Shown here: one piece after another, positions 48,738 through 58,200 of the stretch
Layout: every line of letters begins with the position of its first letter
Position numbering within the stretch: the first letter of the stretch is position 1
DNA from: a virus
Length of the DNA stretch: 64,000 nucleotides
IMG/VR virus record: IMGVR_UViG_3300020445_000983
Coordinates: 20,880-84,879 of that record
Reading direction: 5' to 3' (one strand)
The notes under the pieces: model-generated
Seen by the model: only the letters and a program-made list of their open reading frames with translations
What the model was told of the DNA's origin: nothing
The model's database searches: none
Translations under genes and position numbers: made by a program

Positions 48738-49525
48738 AGTTTTTCTCCGTCAGAGTGGTACTTAATGGTTTTCATTGCACGTGATATTCTACCTTGTACA
48801 TTGTCGTGAATCATATATTCCGACTTGATAGAATAATTAAATGCTGCTTCTAACTCCCAGTCTTTAGCATTAGCAGGTTCTTGAACTACATCATACCAAT
48901 CTCTTTCGAGGTAAGTTCTGGGTATTGGTATATATTGTGCTATAGGTGTACCTGCTTTAACAAGTGTACCTTCTGGACCTGTGTCCATTTCGTGCCACAT
49001 TAACTGCACATTCATTTGTAGTGCAAAGCGTGGATCGAATACACCAGTAACTGCTTCAAAGCGTGATTCATTATTCCAATGAACTGGTGATTGTAGCATC
49101 ACAATATCATCAGATGCTCTAACCCTCCAAGGTAATTCCATCTTAATAATATGTGCAAGAGTATCTCTTGGACTATCTATCAATGGCATTACTTGTTCAG
49201 GTGCGTGATCTGAAATGTAGTTGCTGTGTCTCTGGAATGTATTTGGTACTTCATATTGAAATGACATACCATCACCATTAGTAATTATAATGAAATCCAT
49301 TGGTGCAACAACTGTCCAACCAAGTCGGGCAATCTGCTTAATACCAGGACAATTTGAAGAGTTCTGTGATCCTTGTAATGGGCACCTTCTCTTCTTGACA
49401 GCAGGATCTAACCACTGTCTCTTAACTTTGCTGGTTGGTATCAGTGGATAGCACTCAGCAAGACCAGGTTCTAATGAATAGAATCTAACCCAAGGTTTCT
49501 TCTTTTTGAAGAAGTTAAAATTCAT
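48734..49525 (-). CDS. CP-motif protein, distant paralog 3 (DUF6065-like)
   Basis: RCP...NCPG...GW.V.AP.DF...LVKAGTPIAQYIP. Confidence 0.65.
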   Translation of the reverse strand: MNFNFFKKKKPWVRFYSLEPGLAECYPLIPTSKVKRQWLDPAVKKRRCPLQGSQNSSNCPGIKQIARLGWTVVAPMDFIIITNGDGMSFQYEVPNTFQRHSNYISDHAPEQVMPLIDSPRDTLAHIIKMELPWRVRASDDIVMLQSPVHWNNESRFEAVTGVFDPRFALQMNVQLMWHEMDTGPEGTLVKAGTPIAQYIPIPRTYLERDWYDVVQEPANAKDWELEAAFNYSIKSEYMIHDNVQGRISRAMKTIKYHSDGEKL

Positions 49526-49713
49526 CTTTCTAACTTCTCCTCTACTATATCCATAAGATGCTCAAACTCTTTAAGATGCTCTAAATCATATAGTAACTTA
49601 GATATTTGAGTTACAACCAATGGTTTTTCATTAGTAGCAGCAGACTTAATTGCTGATCTGATACTCCCTTCTGCTTCAAGTAAGTAGTCTAATGTTTGTT
49701 TAGATAGTGCCAT
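49522..49713 (-). CDS. Small hypothetical protein
   Basis: MALSKQTLDYLLEAEGSIRSAIKSAATNEKP. Confidence 0.7.
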   Translation of the reverse strand: MALSKQTLDYLLEAEGSIRSAIKSAATNEKPLVVTQISKLLYDLEHLKEFEHLMDIVEEKLER

Positions 49714-49715
49714 AA

Positions 49716-51359
49716 TTAATCAATAAGTTCAGGTCTGATGTCATCTCCCTTGTAGATGTTATCACGTAGGTATTCATAATGAGATGGACATTCATCACTG
49801 GTAACGAAATCCTCCACCTCTTTAGTATACTCTAGATGCTTCTGTTCGAGATATTCTAATTCTTTAGGATCACGTGGATTATAATAATCCTTGCCTAATA
49901 TCATACCATTTCCTGCTGCCACATAATTCATCCCACCCATTCCTGTGTCCAAACCGTGATCCAGATCTAGTGCACTTCCCAGGCGTTCATAATTGTCATT
50001 GATACGTATAAGTCCATCCATCTCTTTCCATAGGTACTCATTAATTTGAGTACACCATCTCCAATATGGATTATCATCACGTCCACTAAGTGCATAGTGC
50101 ATAGCAACGAACTTATTGAATCCTATTACCTCACGTTGAGCAGAATAGTTAAACCATTGCCGTTCAAGTCTGGTAATATATCCTCTTCTTCTGTTGAGTA
50201 CATCAACAAGTCTAAGGATATTCTCGTGTGTGGTTAATAGTCCTGTTGACTCTAATGGTTCAACAAAACCGTATGATAACCCAATACCAACAACATTCAA
50301 GTTCCACGCTTTCTCGTGATATCCATTCTTAACATCAACCTCCTTCACTTCATACTCGTCAGGAGTGACACCAAACTTGTTCTGTATCCAAGTTTCAAAC
50401 TCAGGTATTACCTCAGTGCTCATTGCAAATCGTGATGACCAACAATAACCAACTCCTACTCTATCCCATAGAGGTATAGTCCACGCCCAACCATTTGACA
50501 TTGCCTGGCAATCAGTCACGCAGTGCATTATCTCTTCACGTTCTTCCTGTGTCTTATAAGGAATACGTGCATATAATGCTCTATCATTAGCAAGGTCATC
50601 AAACTTATTAAACCTAGTACCTAACTGTTGTTCTAATAGTACACTAGAGAATCCAGTGCAATCAACAAATAGGTCACCAACAACACCAACTGTTCTCTTA
50701 TCTTCAATCAAACGAACAGCAAGTTGTTTAATAGTTCTATTAGACTCAGCAGGTGATCCACCTCTTACAATATCTTTAACGGTACCACGTACTTCACCTA
50801 CAATATGTGTGAATCTACCTTCATATTGATAGCATACATTCTCACGTAAATACTGACCAAACTTCTCAGCATCTAAATGATATGCTACCTCAGTTCTCCA
50901 ATCAAAACTTCTAAACCTATTGTCTCTATTATCCCACTGTTTGTTATGTTTAACTAATGCACTCTGCTCTGTATTATAGAACTCAGCGAATGTCCCAGGT
51001 GTCCATTTTTCAGGGTCATTACGTGCTAAATCAAACCAGTCATTAAGTCCTTTAATCTTATCTATAAAATCAAACTCTCCAAATGGATACTGGAATGTTT
51101 CCCCTATTTGACTGAAATCAGTGAACTGAATACTATTTTTATATGTTGCATTACAGTATGGCATCCAGTCCTCATCTTTGAGTCCTAATGCAATCAAATA
51201 CTTATTAAAATGTCCTAGTGTACTCTCACCTACACCTATTGGTGGTTTATCACTTTCGATTAATACTACATTAACCCACGGACACAACTTCAGTAATGCA
51301 GCAGCAGTCATCCATCCAGATGATCCACCACCAACAATAACAACATTTTCAACCTTCAT
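49716..51359 (-). CDS. prnA: Flavin-dependent (tryptophan halogenase family) halogenase
   Basis: IVGGGSSGW FAD motif, IGVGEST, ATYK catalytic Lys, FVDCTGF, GWAWTIP (WxWxIP), FVEPLESTG. Confidence 0.92.
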   Translation of the reverse strand: MKVENVVIVGGGSSGWMTAAALLKLCPWVNVVLIESDKPPIGVGESTLGHFNKYLIALGLKDEDWMPYCNATYKNSIQFTDFSQIGETFQYPFGEFDFIDKIKGLNDWFDLARNDPEKWTPGTFAEFYNTEQSALVKHNKQWDNRDNRFRSFDWRTEVAYHLDAEKFGQYLRENVCYQYEGRFTHIVGEVRGTVKDIVRGGSPAESNRTIKQLAVRLIEDKRTVGVVGDLFVDCTGFSSVLLEQQLGTRFNKFDDLANDRALYARIPYKTQEEREEIMHCVTDCQAMSNGWAWTIPLWDRVGVGYCWSSRFAMSTEVIPEFETWIQNKFGVTPDEYEVKEVDVKNGYHEKAWNLNVVGIGLSYGFVEPLESTGLLTTHENILRLVDVLNRRRGYITRLERQWFNYSAQREVIGFNKFVAMHYALSGRDDNPYWRWCTQINEYLWKEMDGLIRINDNYERLGSALDLDHGLDTGMGGMNYVAAGNGMILGKDYYNPRDPKELEYLEQKHLEYTKEVEDFVTSDECPSHYEYLRDNIYKGDDIRPELID

Positions 51360-51375
51360 AAGAATTAATCCTCTT

Positions 51376-51439
51376 CATTATATAGGGCATTATATAGATC
51401 CATATTATACCAGAAAATCCCCCCATTGGGGAGATTTTG
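51376..51439 (-). promoter_or_regulatory. Hairpin/terminator followed by three tandem TATAAT boxes upstream of the halogenase
   Basis: Hairpin AAAATCTCCCCA/GGGGGGATTTT, then GTATAAT-ATGGATC-TATATAAT-GCCC-TATATAAT on the minus strand. Confidence 0.5.
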
Positions 51440-51462
51440 GTAATTAGATCAGATTGATATTT

Positions 51463-51987
51463 TTATGTGCCTAGTTCATCATAGGTACGACCCCATCCTG
51501 AGAAACGTTCCCAGATTGGTGCATCTATTGTAGCACGTTTTGCTGGTCTTGTCGTTGCTGGTTCAGCAGCATCACCCATAAAATCAGCAATTTCATCATC
51601 AGTCATCGTTGGATCCATTGGTTCCGCTACAGATGATGGTGATGTTGTGTTCTCTTTAATTGCTTTGATGTGATTAAACCACAGAGCATCTCCAGCATCT
51701 AATGCTTTACCTGCTGCTAGGTCTTTGTATAACATATCCAATTGTTCCCCGACCTCACCATAAGCAACTTTGCGAATGGTACCAGGATCTGAGTATGCGT
51801 CAGTACGCTTAACCCATATTGCATCATTAGCAGAAGGAGACCATTCTAGTGTCCAATCTTTTGTGATGTCATCAGGTGCATTAACCCACATTTGGGAACA
51901 ACCACGTCCTAAGAATAGTACGTACTCTTCACCAGGGTCTACGATGTCGGCAACTGCGCCGTTGAAATCCATTAATGCTTTCTTCAT
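51463..51987 (-). CDS. Tail-fibre-associated protein (assembly chaperone-like)
   Basis: R..AY...GEQLDMLYKD...W..HI.AIK pattern, directly after the Gly-rich adhesin gene. Confidence 0.6.
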   Translation of the reverse strand: MKKALMDFNGAVADIVDPGEEYVLFLGRGCSQMWVNAPDDITKDWTLEWSPSANDAIWVKRTDAYSDPGTIRKVAYGEVGEQLDMLYKDLAAGKALDAGDALWFNHIKAIKENTTSPSSVAEPMDPTMTDDEIADFMGDAAEPATTRPAKRATIDAPIWERFSGWGRTYDELGT

Positions 51988-51994
51988 TGTTCCC

Positions 51995-52795
51995 CTATTT
52001 GTAGTTGATAACGCAGACTACACCATATTTACCGTTAGATCCACGGAAACTATGGAAGTGTCCACCTGATCCACCAGCACCATATGCAGCGTGGTCTTGA
52101 TGGTTATGACTGAAGTTACCACCATTTGGCCAACCACCAGCAACTGAACCACCGAAGTGAGATGTACCTCCGATTCCTCCACCACCACCGTGGTGAGATT
52201 GTCCACCTCCACCCCAGACATTCAAGTCTCCACCAGAACCATTACGTCCTAGTCCACCTGAGTGTCCACTGTTTCTATTAGCACCGTGTCCACCACCAGC
52301 AGATAGGTAAGGACCGAAAGATGATGAACCACCATCTCCACCGTGACCGAAGTACCAGGTACCTCCACCACCTCCACCGATTGATATACCAACGGAACCA
52401 ATACTATTAACGTCTAAAACTCTTTCAGAGTATCCACCAGCAGCACCTGATTCTCCGTGCCCTGACGCTCCTCCTCCACCTCCTTGTACTCGTACGTGTA
52501 TGTACTTGACACCAGATGGTTTGTTCCAGGTACCGTTACCTGTCCATACTTGTAGTGATTGAATGTTCTCTCCACCTCCAGCAGCCCATTGCATCGATGA
52601 ACCGTCGTTAGAAAGAAATTTACCACTCTGACCTGACACCGAAGGTACAATCTGACTAGAAGATCCAGACATCGTACCATTAATGGTGATGTTACTGACT
52701 GTCAGTGCTCCGTTCGCTGTTATGTTACCTGAAGCAAGGGAGAATCCGCCAATGCCTGAGAGGTCTCTAATAGATGCAACTTTAAGTGTACTCAT
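51995..52795 (-). CDS. Glycine-rich, His-rich tail-fibre tip/adhesin-like protein
   Basis: MSTLKVASI start, GTWNKPSGVKYI.V.VQGGGGG glycine-rich domain, TATAAATA upstream. Confidence 0.7.
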   Translation of the reverse strand: MSTLKVASIRDLSGIGGFSLASGNITANGALTVSNITINGTMSGSSSQIVPSVSGQSGKFLSNDGSSMQWAAGGGENIQSLQVWTGNGTWNKPSGVKYIHVRVQGGGGGASGHGESGAAGGYSERVLDVNSIGSVGISIGGGGGGTWYFGHGGDGGSSSFGPYLSAGGGHGANRNSGHSGGLGRNGSGGDLNVWGGGGQSHHGGGGGIGGTSHFGGSVAGGWPNGGNFSHNHQDHAAYGAGGSGGHFHSFRGSNGKYGVVCVINYK

Positions 52796-52819
52796 TTTGC
52801 TTTAGTTTTTCCTCAGTTT

Positions 52820-52827
52820 TATTTATA
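52820..52827 (-). promoter_or_regulatory. T4-type late promoter TATAAATA
   Basis: Exact consensus. Confidence 0.75.
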
Positions 52828-52830
52828 CAA

Positions 52831-53409
52831 TTAGGTTGGGCGAGTATAACCTTCTGGTAGGAAGGGTTGATCTCTGTCCCATTGATCATCATCTGGTTTG
52901 TAACTATCGTGATAAGTTACTTGTTGTGTTTTTGGTGCTACAAATGAATCAGGAGTGTCATCATCAATACCAATAGTTATATTTAGGGTATCATTAATGA
53001 CTTCATTCTCCTCATTACACCAAAATAACATATCGTAGTTTTCACCTGATTCCAGATTTTTGATGTTGAAGTCTGTTAAAAATGCTTCATTAGACTTCTC
53101 TGGACCCACCCACTCGTTAGAGTAAACTACTTCTTTCACTTCTTTAGATTTATCAACGTTCTCAATGACTCGTTGAATTGTAATACCATACCTAAGATTA
53201 ACAAAGGTACAATCCATACTATGATTTTTTCTAAAACCTATTCTACACTGTACATCTGGATGAGTAACCTGATATCCACTGATCTCACATACATTACGTG
53301 CGAGATGAAAACATACAGTTATTAAATTAGGTCTGTCGTCATACTTAATCGGTTGACCTTCAATATAAACGTAATCGTCGTGATCTGTTGCGGGATTTTG
53401 TGTTGCCAT
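52831..53409 (-). CDS. Hypothetical protein in the tail-fibre block
   Basis: 192-aa ORF. Confidence 0.65.
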   Translation of the reverse strand: MATQNPATDHDDYVYIEGQPIKYDDRPNLITVCFHLARNVCEISGYQVTHPDVQCRIGFRKNHSMDCTFVNLRYGITIQRVIENVDKSKEVKEVVYSNEWVGPEKSNEAFLTDFNIKNLESGENYDMLFWCNEENEVINDTLNITIGIDDDTPDSFVAPKTQQVTYHDSYKPDDDQWDRDQPFLPEGYTRPT

Positions 53410-53415
53410 AATATC

Positions 53416-54387
53416 TTAAGGTAATTTGTAACCGAATACAATGACACCAGTTTCACCGTTACAGTCACCAGCACCATTGCGTCTACCATTAGGATCACTA
53501 CCTGGTGAACAGTTACTACCTGCCCAAGTACCTCCTCCTAATCCTTGTCCTGTGAGATCTCCCTCATCAGCACCTGCCCAATTGGATCCACCACCGCCAC
53601 CAGCAGCACCATTGCAGTCACAACCTGGATTACCACCGCAATTTCCTGCACGATATCCACCGCCACCGCCACCTCCTCCAGAGGCATCGTTACCTGGTCT
53701 TCCACACTCATCACCATTTGAGTCACCATTATTTCCAGTCGCTCCACCTTGAGATCCACACTGTCCGTTGGATCCTCTTTGACCACCAGCACCACCGTGA
53801 CCTGCACCACTACATCCTTCTCTACCTCCTCCACCGCCGCCACCAGCACCGACGAGTTTCACATTACCCATACCCCAACCATTTAGGAAGACCATAGAAG
53901 CAGCACCGCCTCCACCTCCTCCAGCAGAGCATCCACTACAAGAAGCGTGAGTACCATTACCACCTGTACCATATCCTGAACTATTAGAACCGCCGCCACC
54001 GCCGCCCCAACATCCATAACATCCATTACCTCCACCACCGCCTCTACCGACAGCAGTGTACAATATATTTCCTGCCTCTACAGTAATGGTAGTACGAGCA
54101 CTACCTCCACCGCCTCCATTATTTCCTCCTTGACCACCTCTTCCACCAGCAGCACCCCACGCCCAAATGGTAATAGCACCACCTGCACTAATATTTAACT
54201 GTGAGGTTCCACCTGATTGAAATCTATGAAATCTATAAGTTCCGTCTGCAAATCCTTCGTTCCACTCAGAACCACCAGATGCTTGTACATAACTGAATGA
54301 TGCTCCTCCACCCCCACCTTGACCACCTGTTGCACTAGGTCCAGAGGCAGTAGGAATGAATTTTGCACTCATACCAAAACGTCCCAT
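53416..54387 (-). CDS. Glycine- and cysteine-rich adhesin-like protein (gp38-like polyglycine architecture)
   Basis: WGAAGGRGG, many GGGGG runs alternating with loops, 12 Cys, C-terminal GVIVFGY. Confidence 0.7.
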   Translation of the reverse strand: MGRFGMSAKFIPTASGPSATGGQGGGGGASFSYVQASGGSEWNEGFADGTYRFHRFQSGGTSQLNISAGGAITIWAWGAAGGRGGQGGNNGGGGGSARTTITVEAGNILYTAVGRGGGGGNGCYGCWGGGGGGSNSSGYGTGGNGTHASCSGCSAGGGGGGAASMVFLNGWGMGNVKLVGAGGGGGGGREGCSGAGHGGAGGQRGSNGQCGSQGGATGNNGDSNGDECGRPGNDASGGGGGGGGYRAGNCGGNPGCDCNGAAGGGGGSNWAGADEGDLTGQGLGGGTWAGSNCSPGSDPNGRRNGAGDCNGETGVIVFGYKLP

Positions 54388-54397
54388 ATTTTACTCC

Positions 54398-55252
54398 TTA
54401 AGGTACATCGTAATTACCACCCGATCCCAATACTGTGAAAGGTTGGGTGTCATACTGTTGGTTAATAATAGCAAGGGAACATACAGCAACTTTCTTGTCC
54501 TGACCAGGTTGTGAACCACCTGCCCAGAGTATAGTATGTCCGTTACCGTTGATATTTAGTCCACTAGGTAGTCCTGAACCACCCATATCATAAACAATTA
54601 CGGTGATACCGTAACCACAAGATTCATAAGGAACATTATTTAATGATAACGTAAAGTTACCACCACCTGTCTTATTGATCCAGATTACGTTATTATCGTT
54701 AAAGTCGTGTGTTACGTTACCACTAGAGTTATAATATGTTATCGATTCTTTTGTCTCACTGAAATGTAGTATTCCAGTTGATGTAATATGTCCTGACGTA
54801 ATATCTACAAATTGTGCGTATGATAGGTCATCGTCTCCAAGTAATGTCCAAGATGCGTCTGTCTCAATGGTTACTGTAAATCCGTTCGCAATTTCTATTG
54901 GACCAGCAGTAAAACCATTTGTAAATTCTGCTCCACCGTTAAAGACAGGACCAATTGTTATATTTTCTTGTATCGTTGTACCGTTGGTTCTAATGATTGA
55001 ACCTTCACCTAATGAAGGACCACCTCCACCAACGTCATCCCATCCTGGGTTACCAGCATTGGCATCTGCCTTATAGATCTGTGCCATATCCTCGGTACTG
55101 TTGTACACGAGAGTACCATAGGCAGGAGTTCCCAGAGCATTTATCTGAGACTGATTTAATGGTGGTAAGTTTAATTGTTCTGAGATTGACCAGGCAGTAA
55201 CTAGACCTCTAGTCGCTGCTTGTATCTGACCTTCTCTTATTTTAGTTGTCAT
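54398..55252 (-). CDS. Tail fibre subunit
   Basis: GTLVYNSTE..QIY...W, IIRTNGTTIQENITI, AGPIEIANG.TVT. Confidence 0.7.
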   Translation of the reverse strand: MTTKIREGQIQAATRGLVTAWSISEQLNLPPLNQSQINALGTPAYGTLVYNSTEDMAQIYKADANAGNPGWDDVGGGGPSLGEGSIIRTNGTTIQENITIGPVFNGGAEFTNGFTAGPIEIANGFTVTIETDASWTLLGDDDLSYAQFVDITSGHITSTGILHFSETKESITYYNSSGNVTHDFNDNNVIWINKTGGGNFTLSLNNVPYESCGYGITVIVYDMGGSGLPSGLNINGNGHTILWAGGSQPGQDKKVAVCSLAIINQQYDTQPFTVLGSGGNYDVP

Positions 55253-55276
55253 TCGTCAGATGCCTTTGTTAGCTAT

Positions 55277-58200
55277 TTAGATTACCAGTTCCCTAATCTG
55301 GATCACGTCGGTAGCAGCAGGTGCTGTACCAATACTAAAGTCAACGGCATTACCTGTAACTGTATAGTCCAGACCTGGAATCTGTGCTACACCATTAAGG
55401 AATACGAGTACTGAATATGCTGTGTGACCAGGAGATATGGCAAAAGATGCTGTTGATCCATTACCTTGATATGTCACACCGTTATTGCTGTTGGCAACAC
55501 CTGTTGCAAGAGTGTATTTGTCAGCAGCACCATAATTACCTGTAACGTCTATGTTACCAGTGATGGCAACGTTACCTGTAATTCTCATTCTATTAGAAGC
55601 ATCTGGTGCTTCACCAATACCGTAGTTGGTGACACCACCAAATCTACGTGAAGTAATAGGTGCAGTATCGGTCATACCGAACTTGTACCATATACCTGTC
55701 TCATAGATCCAACCTAATGAATCACCTGCTTCCCAGTCTATATTATAAACTAGGTCACCATCATTAAATGCTAGTGCAGAGTCAACGTCAGGATTACCAG
55801 AACCATCATCTGATGCTAAGAATGTCTGTCTTAATACAGTACCATCATTATTAGAGTATGTTAGTAATAGTGTCTGGATGTTCTCTTGTGCATTGATTCT
55901 CTTCTGGAAGGTAACAGGACCTGAGAATACTGATTCTAACTGGTTAGATGCACCACCAATTACAGTTAATTTGTCAGTCAGAACAACCTCAGAAAATGTC
56001 TGAATGGTTGTGTTCTCTTCACCCAACACGTTAAGTTGAGCAATATCCTCGTTAGTGATCTGACCTGTAACTGGGTTGATAACCTGGTTACCAACGAATA
56101 GTTCACCATCACTGTTAACACCAGAGTAGTATGCAACTCCTGCTGATTCTTTCAGTGACTGTGACAGTCTAACCTGTTGTGGTGTTAGCACCTCCACCTG
56201 TGTAGATGGGAATGCAGTACTATAGTTACCTGGTCCGAAACCTAGGTACTCAAACGTATGTCCAGATGCTCTAAGGATAGAGTATCTTCGCAGTTCACAT
56301 AATATAGGTGCAACTGAGTTGTCAGCATTTAGTTTGAGTGCAATCTTTCTCTCTTCCTCATCACCTAGTCTTGCTGTTACTACTATATTATTAAGAGTAT
56401 TAGCAGTAGTATTGTATCCTAGGTTGTTTTCTGTCTCTAGTAGGAAGAATTGAGTACTTTCTTTTGTAACTGATAGTTGCTTATCCTCGTTAGGATTAGG
56501 TGAAGCACCATCAGTAGTTGTAACTCTACCTAAAATTTCATTATCAGCAATAGAGATAGAAGGAGCAGGGTCTGCTAGTGGGTTATCTCTGTCAAATGTA
56601 GGATAAACATCTACTTGGTTCTGTGAGAATGCGAAATCATCAAAGTTTGATGTAGCAGGAGATACGGATGCGTTCAAGAATGTTAGATAATATATACCAT
56701 CCTTAACACCACGTTCAAACTCCTGATATGTTTCTACCTCATAGATGTAGTATGTTTTATCATAGGCAGGTGAGTTTGTTTCACTAGATCTTGGTTGTAC
56801 CACGAAACCTGTAATAGGTACTCTAGGTACTGGGAATGAATCCTTGTCTAGTACATATCTGAAACGATAAATTCTATCCTTAAGGTCTCTTGCGTCTGGA
56901 ACTCTTCGAACAAATGTCGTAGGAGTAAATCCAAGGTTATTATATTGTGAGTTAGCAATCAGTGTAGTATAGATATCGTTATTTGCACTATCTACCTGAA
57001 CATACCAGTTAGACTGGTTCTGATCAAACTTGATTGGTGAAGCATCATCTCCAGGAGATGTACCTGTAACTTCTTTTCCAGAAGGATCAAACTTTGCACT
57101 ATGTGTTGTAGGTTCTTGTGCACCAGCAGCAATCAATAATACGTTAAGATTATCTGGTACCGTTGGTGAATCTCTTCTAGCACCTACAGTATAACCCTGT
57201 ACCTTACTTGGTGGTTTCGCATTCTGGTTGGTATATCCATATAAGAATAGTTTTGTTGGGTCTGCTGCTGCCTTGATCTTCTGTATATCTAATGTTACCC
57301 AGTTAATTGATATCTCTGGGACATCACTTAATGACTTAGGTGGTATAACGTGAGTGAGTTGACCCGCTTTATCCTTAGTAAACGATGCTGACTTAAATCC
57401 TTTTGATCTAAGAGAAGTGTTTCCAAAGTTTGAGTTTGAGTTCGTGATTGAGAGGTCTCCTCCACTATCAGAGAAGAAGTGGTCACCGAATCCAACGGCG
57501 AACACCGAGACGACCTGGATAAATGCGTCGTTACTTGCGTATATGTGTCTATTTCTCCAACCCTTACGATACTTGGACAGTCCATCGATGTGTGCACCTG
57601 AACCTGCTGCTTGTGCTTCATAGTTTCCAGTAGATGCGTTGTATTTAACAAATGCTCTATCGTCTTTCTGTAGTGAGATACCAGTAAACTGGGCAACAAC
57701 CATTGATTTGAAACCAGTTGCTTGAGCACCATCAGCGTGCATACCATTTATACCCCAAACTGATCTTAGTGAACAGTTGAATACATATGGAGATGCTGAG
57801 TCAACAGTGTCAATCTCAACTTTAACCAGTACGTTACTACCAATAGCATTACCTGTTGGTTCCGAGGACATCTGATAGGTAAACTGGTTACCCTGTGCAG
57901 ATGTTACAAGGAATGATCCATTATAAAGATTAGAGTCTGCCTCAGTTGGACCAGTAACACCAGCAATATTAACTGCAACACCAACAGAGAAACCGTGGTT
58001 GATCGGGTTATCTTGAATGTCAACAGTAAATGCTGTAGCAGTTTGTCCATTTCTAATAATCTGAGATACTCTAAATTCATCAGAAATTGGACCAACGATT
58101 CTGTTCTCTTCAACTCTTGCTTGTAATTGGTCTTGAGCGATAGTACCTGAAGTATCAGGAATTGTAGCGTATGCCTTCGAAATCTTTTGATAGTACAGAT

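Noticed and set aside
51995-55252. Diversity-generating retroelement acting on the adhesins
   Set aside because: No reverse transcriptase and no near-identical TR/VR pair seen; similarity is due to Gly codons.
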